A stretch of 64,000 nt of DNA, from contig CM059431.1 in the NCBI GenBank assembly GCA_030390025.1, positions 95,978,001-96,042,000 on the forward strand, written 5' to 3'. Below the pieces are notes generated by a model that was given only the letters and a program-made list of their open reading frames with translations, was not told where the DNA came from and made no database searches. Of the stretch, positions 49,540 to 61,327 are shown piece by piece. The position numbers were made by a program, and so were the translations under genes. Origin of the DNA: Squalus acanthias (taxonomy: Eukaryota). Numbering within the stretch: position 1 is the first letter of the stretch; the number at the start of each line of letters is the position of its first letter.

Positions 49540-52501
49540 TCTCTCTCCCCAGTCTCTCTCGCTCTCTCTCTCCCCCAGACTTTCTCTCCCCCAGCCTCTC
49601 TCGCTCTCTCTCTCCCCCAGACTTTCTCTCCCCCAGCCTCTCTCGCTCTCTCTCTCCCCCAGACTTTCTCTCCCCCAGTCTCTCTCGCTCTCTTTCTCCC
49701 CCAGCCTTTCTCAGCCCCAGTCTTCTCGCTCTCTCTCTCTCCCAGACTTTCTCACCCTCCAGTCTCTCTCTCTATGTCTCTCCCCCCCAAGTCTCCCTCC
49801 CCGCCTCTCTACCCCCCAGTCTCTCTCCCCGCCTTTCTCCCCCAGTCTCCCCGCCTCTCTCCCCCCCAGTCTCCCCGCCTCTTTCACCCCCAGTCTCCCC
49901 GCCTCTCTCTCCCCCAGTCTCCCCGCCTCTCTCCCCCCCAAGTCTCCCCGTCCTCTCTCCCCCTCAGTCTCCCCGACCCTCTCCCCCAGTCTCCCCGACC
50001 CTCTCCCCCAGTCTCCCCGACCCTCCCCCCAATCTCACCGACCCTCTTCCCCAGTCTCCCCGACCCTCCCCCCAGTCCCCCCGCCTCACGTCCCCCCCCA
50101 GTCTCCACCGCCTCTTTCACCCCCAGTCTCCCCGCCTCTCTCTCACCCCCATCTCCCCGCCTCTATCCCCCCCAGTCTCCCCTCTCTCCCCCCAGTCCTC
50201 CCGACCCTCTCCCCCAATCTCCCTCCCCGACCCTCCTCCCCCCAGTCTCCCCGACCCTCTCCCCCAATCTCCCCGACCCTCTCCCCATATCTCCCCGACC
50301 CTCTCTCCCCCAATCTCCCGACCCTCTCCCTCTCCCCCAATCTCCCCGACCCTCTCCTCCAACTCCTCGACCCTCTCCCCCAATCTCTCCATCCCTCTCG
50401 CCCTCTCCCCGTCACTCTCGCNNNNNNNNNNCTCTCTCTGTCCTCCCCCGTCTCTCTCTCTCTCTCTCCTCCCCCGTCTCTCTCTCTCTCTCTCCTCCCC
50501 GTCTCTCTCTCTCTCCTCACCCCGTCTCTCTATCTCTCTCTCCTCCCCCCGTCTCTCTCTCTCTCTCCTCCCCCGTCTCTCTCTCTCTCTCTCCTCCCCC
50601 GTCTCTCTCCTCCCACCGTCTCTCTCTCTCTCCTCCGCCCGTCTCTCTCTCTCTCTCTCTCTCCTCCCCGTCTCTCCTCTCTCTCTCCTCCCCGTCTCTC
50701 TCTCTCTCTCTCCTCCACCGTCTCTCTCTCTCTCTCTCCTCCCCCGTCTCTCTCTCTCTCTCCTCCCCCCCCCGTCTCTCTCTCTCTCTCCTCCCCCCGT
50801 CTCTCTCTCTCTCTCCTCCCCGTCTCTCTCTCTCTTCTCCTCCCGTCTCTCTCTCTCTCTCTCTCTCTCCTCCCCATCTCTCTCTCTCTCTCCTCCCCGT
50901 CTATCTCTCTCTCCTCCCCCGTCTCTCTCTCTCTCTCCTCCCCCGTCTCTCTCTCTCTCCTCTCCCCGTCTCTCTCTCCCCCGTCTCTCTCTCTCTCTCT
51001 CCTCCCCCTGTCTCTCTCTCTCTCTCTCTCTCCTCCCCGTCTCTCTCTCTCTCTCTCTCCTCCCCGTCTCTCTCTCTCTCTCTCTCCTCCCCCGGCTCTC
51101 TCTCTCTCTCCTCCCCCCATCTCTCTCATTCTCTCTCTCCTCCCCGTCTCTCTCTCTCTCTCTCTCTCCTCCCGTCTCTCTCTCTCCTCTCCCGTCTCTC
51201 TCTCTCTCTCTCCTCCCCCGTCTCTCTCTCTCTCTCTCTCCTCCCCGTCTCTCTCTCTCTCTCCTCCCCTCCCCGTCTCTCTCTCTCTCTCCTCCCCTCC
51301 CCGTCTCTCTCTCTCTCTCCTCCCCGTCTCTCTCTCTCCTCCCCCCCGTCTCTCTCTCTCTCCTCCCCGTCTCTCTCTCTCTCTCTCCTCCCCCCGTCTG
51401 TCTCACTCTCTCCTCCCCCGTCTCTCTCTCTCTCTCTCCTCTCCCATCTCTCTCTCTCCTCCCCCGTCTCTCTCGCTCTCTCTCTCTCCTCCCCCGTCTC
51501 TCTCTCTCTCCTCTCCCGTCTCTCGCTCTCTCTCTCCTCCCTGTCTCTCGCTCTCTCTCTCCTCCGTCTCTCGCTCTCTCTCCTCCACCGTCTCTCTCTC
51601 TCTCTCTCTCCTCCCCCATCTCTCTCTCTCTCTCCTCCCCGTCTCTCTCTCTCTCTCCTCCCCGTCTCTCTCTCTCTCTCCTCCCCGTCTCTCTCTCTCT
51701 CTCCTCCCCGTCTCTCTCTCTCTCCTCCCCGTCTCTCTCTCTCTCCTCCCCGTCTCTCTCTCTCTCCTCCCCCCATCTCTCTCTCTCTGCTCTCCCCGTC
51801 TCTCTCTCTCTCTCCTCCCCCCATCTCTCTCTCTCTCTCTCTCCTCCCCCGTCTCTCTCTCTCCTCCCCGTCTCTCTCTCTCTCTCCTCCCCGTCTCTCT
51901 CTCTCTCTCCTCCCCGTCTCTCTCTCTCTCTCCTCCCCGTCTCTCTCTCTCTCCTCCCCGTCTCTCTCTCTCTCCTCCCCCCATCTCTCTCTCTCTGCTC
52001 TCCCCGTCTCTCTCTCTCTCTCCTCCCCCCATCTCTCTCTCTCTCTCTCTCCTCCCCCGTCTCTCTCTCTCCTCCCCGTCTCTCTCTCTCTCTCCTCCCC
52101 CGTCTCTCTCTCTCTCTCCTCCCCGTCTTTCTCTCTCTCCTCCCCCGTCTCTCTCTCTCTCTCTCCTCCCCCGTCTCTCTCTCTCTCTCTCCTCCCCCGT
52201 CTCTCTCTCTCCTCCCCCCGTCTCTCTCTCTCTCCTCCCCCCGTCTCTCTCTCTCTCCTCCCCCCGTCTCTCTCTCTCTCCTCCCCCGTCTCTCTCTCTC
52301 TCCCCCGTCTCTCTCTCTGTCTCTCCCCCGTCTCTCTCTCTGTCTCTCCCCCGTCTCTCTCTCTGTCTCTCTCTCCCCGTCTCTCTCTCTCCCTCCCCCG
52401 TCTCTCTGTCCTCCCCCCTCTCTCTCTCCCTCCCCCGTCTCTCTCTCTGCCCCGTCTCTCTCTCTCCCTCCCCCGTGTCTCTCTCTCTCTCTCTCTCTCC
52501 C

Positions 52502-52536
<35 letters not shown>

Positions 52537-52570
52537 CCCATCTCTCTCTCTCCCCCGCTCTCTCGCCCCC
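49540..52570 (+). repeat. ~3-kb polypyrimidine satellite, (CT)n-CTCCCCGT units, with assembly gap N10 at 50422-50431
   Basis: Direct inspection. Confidence 0.97.
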
Positions 52571-55500
52571 CGTCCAGTTCCCTGGACAATTTGTTCGAAG
52601 GTGACAGTCACACCCCTTAGGTTAAATACTTCAGATTGGTCCCTGGCCAGGGACAGGAGGGTGTGACTATGAGTGAGGCAGGTATGGGTATCTAGAAGGT
52701 AGCATTGGAAGAGCCTCAGCCCCTGCACTTGTCCAACGTTACAAGGTTCTTGCAGCCTGTGTGGATGAGAGCAGGGACTGCAGGGAGGATGAGCAAACTG
52801 ACCACAGCACCATGGTACAGGGGGCCATTCAAGTTGGGGGAGTAAAAAGGAATGTAGTAGTGGTAGGGGACATTATGGTTAGGGGGATAGATACTATTCA
52901 CTGCAGCCGAGAACATGAGTCCCGAAGGCTGTGTTGCCTGCCCAGTGCCAGGGTTAAGGACAACTCCTTGGGACTGGAGAGGAACTTGGAGGGGAAGAAT
53001 CCAGTTGTCGTGGTCCATGTAGGTACCGACGACATAGGTAGGACTAAGAAAGTGGTTCTGCTGAGGGAGGATGAGCAGTTAGGGGTTAAATTAAAAAGTA
53101 GAACCACAAAGGTAATAATCAGTTTGAGTGGAGATAAGAAATAATAAGGGAAATAAGTCAATGGTGGGAGTAGTCTATAGGCCCCCTAACAGTAGCCACA
53201 CTGTGGGACAGAGTATAAATCAAGAAATAATGGGGGCCTGTAAGAAAGATACTGCAATAATCATGGGCGATTTTAATCTTCATATAGATTGGAGAAACCA
53301 AATTGGCAAAGGTAGCCTTGAGGACGAGTTGATAATGTTTTCTGGCCAGTTTCTTAGAGCAATACATTGTGGAACCAACCAGTGAACAGGCTATTTTAGA
53401 TTTGGCAATGTGTAATGAGACAGGATTAATTAATGATCCCATAGTAAAGGATCCTCTAGGGAAGAGTGATCATAACATGATAGAATTTCACATTCAGTTT
53501 AAGGGTGAGAAACTTGGGTCTGAAGCTGGTGTCTTAAGCTTAAATAAAGGCAATTACAAAGGTATGAAGACAGAGTTGGCTTCAGTGGACTGGGAAAATA
53601 GATTAAAAGGTAAGACAGTAGATAAGCAGTGGCAGACTTTTAAGGAGATATTTCAAAACTCTCAACAAAGATATATTCCAATGAGAAAGAAAGACTGTAC
53701 GAGAAGGATGAACCATCCGTGGCTTACGAAGGAAGTTAAGGAGGGTATCAAATTGAAAGAAAAGGAATACAATGTTGCGAAGATTAGTGGTAGGCCAGAA
53801 CATTGGGAAATTTTTAGAGACTTGCAAAGGATGACTAAAAAAATAACAGAGGGAGAAAATAGATTATGAGAGTAAACTAGCAAGAAATATAAAAAGACAG
53901 TAAGAGCTTCTACAAGTATATAAAAAGGAAGAGAGTAGCTAAAGTAAATGTTGGTCCCTTAGAGGATGAGACTGGGGAATTAATAATGGGAAACAAGGAA
54001 ATGGTTGAGACTTTGAACAAATATTTTTTATCTGTCTTCATGGTAGAAGACACTAAAAGCATCCCAATAATAGTGGAAAATCAAGGGGCAAAAAGGGAGG
54101 GAGGAACTTAAAACAATCACTATCACTAGAGAAAAGGTACTAGGCAAACTAATGGGACTAAAGGCTGACAAGTCCCCTGGACCTGATGACCTGCATCCTA
54201 GGGTCTTAAAAGAAGTGGCTGCAGAGATAGTGGATGCATTAGTTGTAATCTTCAAAAATTCCCTAGACTCTGGAAAGGTCCCAGCAGATTGGAAAACGGC
54301 AAATGTACATCCATATTCAAGAAATAGAGGGAGACAGAAAGCAAGAAACTATAGGCCAGTTAGCCTAACGTCTGTCATTGGGAAAATGCTGGAATCCATT
54401 ATTAAAGTAGTAGTAGCAGGACATTTAGAAAATCATAATACAATCAAGCAGAGTCAACATGGTTTTATGGAAGGGAAATCGTGTTTGACAAATTTATTAA
54501 AGTTCTTTGAGGCTATAGCGAGCAAGGTGGATAAAGGGGAACCGGTAGATGTAGTGTATTTGGATTTCCAAAAGGCATTCGATAAGGTGCCATATAAAAG
54601 ATTACTGCACAAGATAAGTGTTGTGGGTAATATATTAGCATGGATAGAGGATTGGCTAACTAACAGAAAACAGAGAGTGGGGATAAATGGGTCATTTTCA
54701 GGTCGGCAAACTGTAACTAATGGGGTGCCAGAGGGATCAATGCTGGGGCCTCAACTATTTACAATCTATATTAATGACTTGGATGAAGGGACCGAGTATA
54801 ATGTAGCCAAATTTGCTGATGATACAAAGATAGGTGGGAAAGCAAGTTGTTAGGAGGACACAAAGAGTCTGTAAAGGGATATAGATAGTTTACGTAAGTG
54901 GGCAAAAATTTGGCAGAGAGAGTATAATGTGGGAAAATGTGAGGTTATCCACTTTGGTAGGAAGAATAGAAAAGCAAAATGCAATTTAAATGGAGAGAGA
55001 CTACAGAATGCTGCAGTACAGAGGGATCTGGGTGTTCTCGTACATGAAACACAAAAAGTTAGCATGCAGGTACAGCAAGTAATTAGGAAGGCAAATGGAC
55101 TGTTGGCCTTTATTGCAAGGGGGATGGAGTACAAAAGTAGGGAAGTCTTGCTACAACTGTTAGTGAGACCACACCTCGACTACTGCATACAGTTTTGGTC
55201 TCCTTATTTAAGGAGGGATATACTTGCACTGGAGGCAGTTCAGAGAAGGTTCATTAGGTTGATTCCTGGGATGAAGGGGCTGTCTTATGAGGAAAGGTTG
55301 AGCCTATACTCATTGGCGTTTAGAAGAATGAGAGGCGATCTTATTGAAACATAAGGTTCTGAGGGGGCTCGACAGGGTAGATGCTGAGAGGGTGTTTCCC
55401 CTTGTGGGGGAATCGAGAACTAGGGGGCATAGTTTCAGAATAAGGGGTCGCCCATTTAAGACAGAGATGAGGAGGAATTTCTTCTCTCAGAGGGTTGTGA

Positions 55501-55722
55501 ATCATTGGAATTCTCGACCCCAGAGATCTGTGGAGGCTGGGTCATTGACTATATTCAACGCTGAGATAGACAGATTTTTGAACTACAGGGGAGTCAAGGG
55601 TTATGGGGAACATGGCAGAAAAGTGGAGTTGAGGCCAAGATCAGATCAGCCATGATCTTATTGAATGGCGGAGCAGGCTCGAGGGGCCGAATGGCCTACT
55701 CCTGCTCCTATTTCTTATGTTC
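52571..55722 (+). mobile_element. CR1 with partial ORF1, internal deletion near 53120, degraded ORF2 and 3' tail
   Basis: HVGTDD..KVIIS is fused to EIRNNKG..YRPPNS; RT in ORFs 54152 and 54929; tail ends TTCTTATGTT. Confidence 0.9.
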
Positions 55723-55960
55723 CTCTCTCTCTCTCCCCCCAGTCCCTCCTTCTCTCACCCAGTCTCTCCCAGTCTCCCCCTCCTCTCTCTCCCCAATCTC
55801 TCTCTCCCTTGCCCCCAGTCTCTCTCTCTGCGCAGTGTCTCTCTCTCCCCGTCTCTCTCTCTCCCTCCCTCGATTCCCTCTCTCCCCCCAGCCCCCAGTC
55901 TCTCTCTCTACCAGTCTCTCTCTCTCTCTCTCCCCCTCCAATTCCCTCTCTCTTTCCACC
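55723..55960 (+). repeat. CT-rich simple repeat (continuation of the satellite)
   Basis: Direct inspection. Confidence 0.9.
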
Positions 55961-55972
55961 CCGCCAACGGAT

Positions 55973-56278
55973 CCAGTGACCTTCTTATGGAGCCAGGGCT
56001 TACGGGCTGCAACTGTGGGGTACTGTGCATGCATGGCTTCAGCGAACAGCGCGCATAGGCAGAAGGGGATCGGCTGCACATGCGCAGCTCTGGGATACTG
56101 CACGCCTGCGGAGAAGACCGCAAAGATGTTGGTGATGATAATTAGAGTGTGGTGTACTGGGCCCCTCCTCTGCTCCAGCTGCTGTCCAGTTTGCTCTGCA
56201 GCCTTTCAATTGAAGTGTGCAGGAGCTCAGGGATTAGCGCGCAGCTGTGCAGCCACGTACCTTAGAGGGAACAGTGGT
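55973..56278. mobile_element. Putative hAT-type MITE remnant; related right end at ~59340-59421
   Basis: Begins CAGTGACCTTCTTA, ends CTTAGAGGGAACAGTG, with internal TGCGCAG motifs. Confidence 0.45.
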
Positions 56279-57299
56279 GGTGAGTCACCAGGCACGAGTG
56301 GGCTGCAGCCAGTGCAGGGGGAAAAGGTAGCGCACAGCACTCAGATGAGGACTTTGATGGGGCGGCCTACAGAAGAACGCTGATGGGTACGCACAACAAA
56401 ATGCTTGGTGCATTGTCCGGCCTGCCAGAAAGCCTAATGCAATGTCATGGAGCATGGAGGAGTCCAGTGCCAACTTTGCACAGGGCTTTGCGCAGAGCTT
56501 GGTGCCCATGATTTCCAGCATGGAAGGTCCATTAGCACACTTGTGGACCCAACCATCATGCAGCGTCTGATGGCTGATGTCTCACCTTACAGTCCAGCAC
56601 AAGCAACCCTACATCTGAGTGCTTTAGTGGAAGCCCAGACTGAAGTCATGCAAGCTCCGACTGCTCTCATGCAGGCTCAGCTTGCTGCCACCCAAGCTCA
56701 GACTGCTACCATCATGGCTGTGTTTTCCAGTGTGGAAAGGGGCTTTCAGGGTGTCACAGCATTCCAGGAATTTATCCTCCAACAGATGGCTAGGAATGCT
56801 GAGGTGCCGCCCCGGGGGAGTGGCAGTGGCTCCATGGAGAACAAACCTGCTGTCCTCTCTCAGGATAACAGCATTCGTCCTCCCACCACTGCCACTCCAC
56901 CAGTGCCCTTGATGATGCCAGTCAGCCAGCCAGCCCAGACTGCTGCTGCCCATGGTGAAGTGATGCAGTCCGCAGAAGGCCTTCTAGGCCCAGAGCTGCT
57001 CAAGGTTGTCCTGCAAGGCCATCAGCAGTCTCCCCCACTGAAAGTCAGCAGCTTTCCACCAGCCATGCTGCAACCACTGGATTAGTACTTCGTAGGAGCA
57101 CTTGGACAGGCAAAGGCATGTGGAAGACAAGCACTAAGGGAATGCACAAGGATGATTAGTTGATTTCTTTATGTAATATTCCATGGATTGATGAATTGGA
57201 ATGTTTGTTTCGTGGTGGCTTTTATTTCAGCATTCTGGCTAAGAGGACACTGCGATGGTCAGTAACAGAAGGAAGGTAAGATGTGGGACTATTGTTGAA

Positions 57300-58385
57300 T
57301 GGGGAATAGGGGTTGCGTTCACTCATACTGCAGTCAGATGAGTCGATCACGGACAGCCCGGGCAGAAAGGGGCTGTCAGGGTTGCCTCCTCCTTTCTGTT
57401 TCCTCCTCTTCCACCTCCTCCTCCTCCACTCCTCCTCCTCCTCAGCTGGTTGCCGTATGCCTGGTGGCAAGGGCTGTGACCTCATGATGGCGAGGTTGTG
57501 GAGCATGCAGCAGACCACGACGAATCTTGAGACACGGTCTAGTGAATACTGCAGGGCTCCTCCAAAGTGGTCCAGGCAGTGGAAGCATTGTTTAACGAGG
57601 CCAATGGTCTGTTCTATCAGATTCCATGTGGCAGCATGGCTCTCATTGTATGCATGCTGCCCACGTGTGGTTGGTTTGCGGAGCAGAGTCATGAGCCAGG
57701 TGGTCAGAGGATAGCCCTTGTCGCCCAGTAGCCAACCGCTGGCTTGTCTTGGTGGCTCAAAGTCTAAAGGAACAGCGGACTGGCACAGAAGCAGAGCATC
57801 ATGATTGCTGGCAGGATACCTTGCATTCACTATCATGATGTGCTGAGCATGGTCACACAACTGTCGGGTGACTGTCTGTGTGGAGTTTGCGCATTCTCCC
57901 CGTGTCTGCGTGGGTTTTCTCCGGGTGCTCCGGTTTCCTCCCACAGTCCAAAAATGTGTGGGTTAGGTTGATTTGGCTATGATAAATTGACCCTTAGTGT
58001 TAGGGGGGATTAAATATGTGGGGTTATGGGGATAGGATGGGATATGTTAGGGGGAATTAAATATGTGGGGTGACGGGGGTAGGGTGGGATGTGTGTACTG
58101 TGGGGATTAAAGCAGGGACAGGGTACTGGATTTGGATGATCAGCCATGATCGTATTGAATGGCGGAGCAGGCTCGACGGGCCGAATGGCCTACTCCTGCT
58201 CCTGGATTCTATGTTTCTATGTTTCTATGTTAACAACTGCACATTCAGCGAGTGGTAACCTCTGTGGCTGCGGTACATCTCAGCATTTAGATGCAGCACT
58301 CGCAAATCCATGTGTGAGGTCGATGGCGCCCTGCACTATGGGGAAGCCCACTAATCTAGCAAAGTCACGTGCACGCTCTGCCTAC
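57300..58385 (-). pseudogene. Harbinger transposase remnant split by a SINE
   Basis: GFPIVQGAID.TH near 58330, then [27 protein letters not shown] and VCCMLHN. Confidence 0.88.
57864..58232 (+). mobile_element. 5'-truncated HE1-like V-SINE
   Basis: Near-identical to 2932-3290; TSD ACAACTG at 57857-57863 and 58233-58239. Confidence 0.92.
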
Positions 58386-58543
58386 CAACACCAGTGAACT
58401 GCAATAAAAAAATCCAAAGCAAATGTTTTGCCACTGGCAGACATCCCTGAAATGTTAAGGTGGAAAAATAACCCTTTTGAGTGCTGAATGTCTTTTGGAA
58501 CTTGCACGTTCTGTTAACTGACAAAAATTATTTTTCTTTTAAA

Positions 58544-58777
58544 AATCAGAACTGGAATCAGGTATACAACAGCTACTGGAATCAAGGTTATTGTAGTTAC
58601 AATAATGGCTATAGCAATCCAGGTAACAATGGATGTGGAGATTCTCATGATTCTGGGTACAACTACAACAACTGCGGATACGCTCCAGAATACGATACCT
58701 ACAATAGTCAGCAGAGCAGCTATGGAAAGGCATCTAGAGGTGCAAGCAGTCACCAGAATAACTAGGAACAATACTAA
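58544..58777 (+). pseudogene. HNRNPDL: hnRNP D-like C-terminal Gly/Tyr-rich domain fragment, intronless and degenerate
   Basis: NQNWNQVYNSYWNQGY...GYNYNN.GY...QQSSYGKASRGASSHQNN*EQY* compared with the recalled vertebrate HNRNPDL end QNWNQG...[22 protein letters not shown]. The paralog (DL vs D vs AB) needs confirmation. Confidence 0.8.
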
Positions 58778-60243
58778 AGAAAAACTGATATAGTTATTTC
58801 ATCGGGCCCGGTAAGTGACGGGTGACCCGGGCGGAGCTGCGCTAATGTGAAGCACGGTCGACAGGGAATGAGCTGACATCAAGCCCGTGCCCTGGTGCTG
58901 GGCCTCCTCCTTACCATGCTGGGCTGCTCGAGCTCCTGCAGGCTGCCGGCTGGGCTTCTCCACTCGCCGCTCGCTTCCATGGTAACTGGACCTCCAGTTT
59001 CTGTGCTCCGGACTCTTGACTCCCACTGCAACTCATCAGGCGTCACTTCTGGAAAGGGAACCTCAATGGCGTTAACCACCTGACAGAAAAGGCTCTCTTT
59101 GTGTGGGGACACCAGAGCCGCTTTTGCTGTCCAGAACCCGAGTGCCGCCATATTTTTGCGGGGCGGGGATCTTGCTCCTTTGTTCAATGAGCAGCAGCGC
59201 CATCATTTTCCTAGGGCACAGATGACGCCATCTAAGTTCAGATGGGAGTTCTGCTTAAAGCATGGCATAGGGTCCACCATCTTTGTTTAGGGCACTGGTG
59301 AATTTTTCCCGCTCGTTGGGTGGGACCCCTCCTCCCCGCTCCAGCTCTCTGCAAGGCCTGTGATTTTAAGTGCGCAGGAGCTTACAGATCAGTGCGCAGC
59401 GCACACCTTACAGGGAACAGTGCCCACGACTGGGAGCAAGTGGTCTGACCAGAACCCTTGAAGTCAGAAGCAGGGCCTTCTCCACTTGCAGCACCACTCC
59501 CTGTCACCTCACCAACTTTATTTAAACAACTCCACAAAACTCCGAACAGTTCCACAAACTTACACAGAGCCAGCAGAAATTAATCAGCAACTGATCTGAG
59601 AGGGGTTGATGATCCCTTTAAATATCACTGTGCGAGGTTAACACACTGCGTTACTTGCACCATTGAGGACACAAATGGCAGCGCTGGCGTCAAATCAGCA
59701 TGCAAGTCATGATGTGCCTACTCCACATACTTCTGGCGCACGCTCCCAGCACCGACACTAGCACACTCACCAAGATGGCGTCCGGCTCAGCCCGTGCCAG
59801 AATTTTGTGCACGCAGTTCAAACGACATTTTTGACCCAAAACAGCACCCACAGTACCCAAATGACTGGCATTACACAATCAAATTTTTAGACCCACCAAT
59901 ATAAAATCAGCTTGTAAGCAGCTCAGGGTGGCCCTCATGAATTTAAGTAGAACAACACAAGCATGCAGACAATATGAACCAGCACTGCATCCATTTCCAA
60001 CTTTGTCCTGCCTGTATTCCAGAAAAATTATAAAAGTAATTTGAAAAAAAAACTGTAGGTTACTCAATACCATTTTGAAGTCTCCTGCGACTCTCCAAAA
60101 TATTACTCCCCATCAAGAGCTGGCAGATCGAAGTTAATAAAGCATATGGGATTGTGGGCTTTCTAAATAGAGGCAGAGAGTACAAAGCCAGAAAGGTATA
60201 CTCAGCCTGTATAAAACACTAGTTCTGCTCCAGCTGGACTATT

Positions 60244-60720
60244 GGGGGCGATTTTGACAGCCCTGGGGAGGCGGGTATGGAGGCGGGTCTGCTGGGAAAA
60301 TGGCAGAATTTGGGGACGGGCGTCCAACCTGCCCCCATGCCATCTTATTAGGAGGTGGGTAGCCGTCCCGCGCCAGGTCCCGTCTCCTTGGAGGCGGGAA
60401 GGGATTAAAACCTATTAACTGCCTGTTAACAGGTAGTTAACAGGCAGAAAATAGGATTATCCCATTTTTGCGCTCACGTGAGGGCTTCCCGAAGGCTCCA
60501 AGACCCGCCAGCTCAGCGAGCTGAGTAGGGGGTGTGTGGGGGTCGGGGGGGGGGGGGGGTGGTGTGCAAAAGTGTGCTGTGAAGGCAAGTGACTGGTGCA
60601 AGAGTGTAGAGGTGAGTATCTGAGGTAAGTGCAAAGTGTTATTAAAAGTGTACTTACCTATGTTTCTTCCTGCAGGTTTTAGTTGGTGGGTATGTGGAGA
60701 GTCTTGGACTTCCACGTTGG
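60244..60720. mobile_element. Harbinger-like left-end remnant abutting CR1 fragment 60135-60243
   Basis: GGGGCGATTTT start and GGCGGG-rich subterminal region like that at 1274. Confidence 0.5.
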
Positions 60721-61289
60721 GAATGACTAAATTTGCCGACGACACCAAACTTGCGGCTGTGGAAAACAGTGATGATGATACCAATCGACTGCAACAGGAC
60801 ATAGAAAGGCTAGCAGAATGGGCAGACAAGTGGCAGATGGAATTTAATACAGAGAAGTGTGAGGTGATGCATTTTGGCAGAAGGAACAGGGAGAGGCAAT
60901 ATACACATAATGGCAGTTTTAAAGAGTGTGCAGGGACAAGGGGACCTGGGAGTTAATGTGCATAGGTCCCTGAAGGTGGCAGGACATATTGAGAGTGATT
61001 AACAAAGCATATGGGATCTTGGGCTTCATAAATAGAGGTATTGAGTACAAAAGTAGAGAAGTTATGCTGAACCTTTATAAAGTGCTGGTTAGGCCACAAA
61101 AAGACTTGCATTTATATAGCGCCTTTCACAACCACTGAACATCTCAAAGCGCTTTACAGCCAATGAAGTACTTTTGAAGTGGAGTCATGTTGTAATGGTC
61201 ATGATGCAGAAATGCCGGCGTTGGACTGGGGTGGACAAAAATGAGAAGTCGCATAACACCAGGTTATAGTCCAACAGATTTATTTAAAA

Positions 61290-61327
61290 TTACAAGCTTT
61301 CGGAGCTGTCGCCCCTTCCTCAGGTAA
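61290..61327 (-). ncRNA. Minimal hammerhead ribozyme motif
   Basis: Reverse complement reads TTAC-CTGAGGA-A-GGGGC-gaca-GCTCC-GAAA-GCTT-GTAA. Confidence 0.78.

Larger units (their letters stand above)
56279..59893. mobile_element. Degraded Harbinger element (accessory exon on +, transposase on -) with internal insertions
   Basis: ORF 56447..57085; transposase remnants; right end with GATCCCTTTAAATA and TIR-like AAATTTTTAGACCC. Confidence 0.7.

Noticed and set aside
49478..52728. Very long ORFs (up to 1062 aa; Ser/Leu/Pro-rich or Arg/Glu-rich)
   Set aside because: Open in nearly all frames because CT/GA repeats lack stop codons; several also span an assembly gap.
60527..60562. G-quadruplex-capable G run
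   Set aside because: Lies inside a TE remnant; nothing suggests function and the homopolymer length is unreliable.
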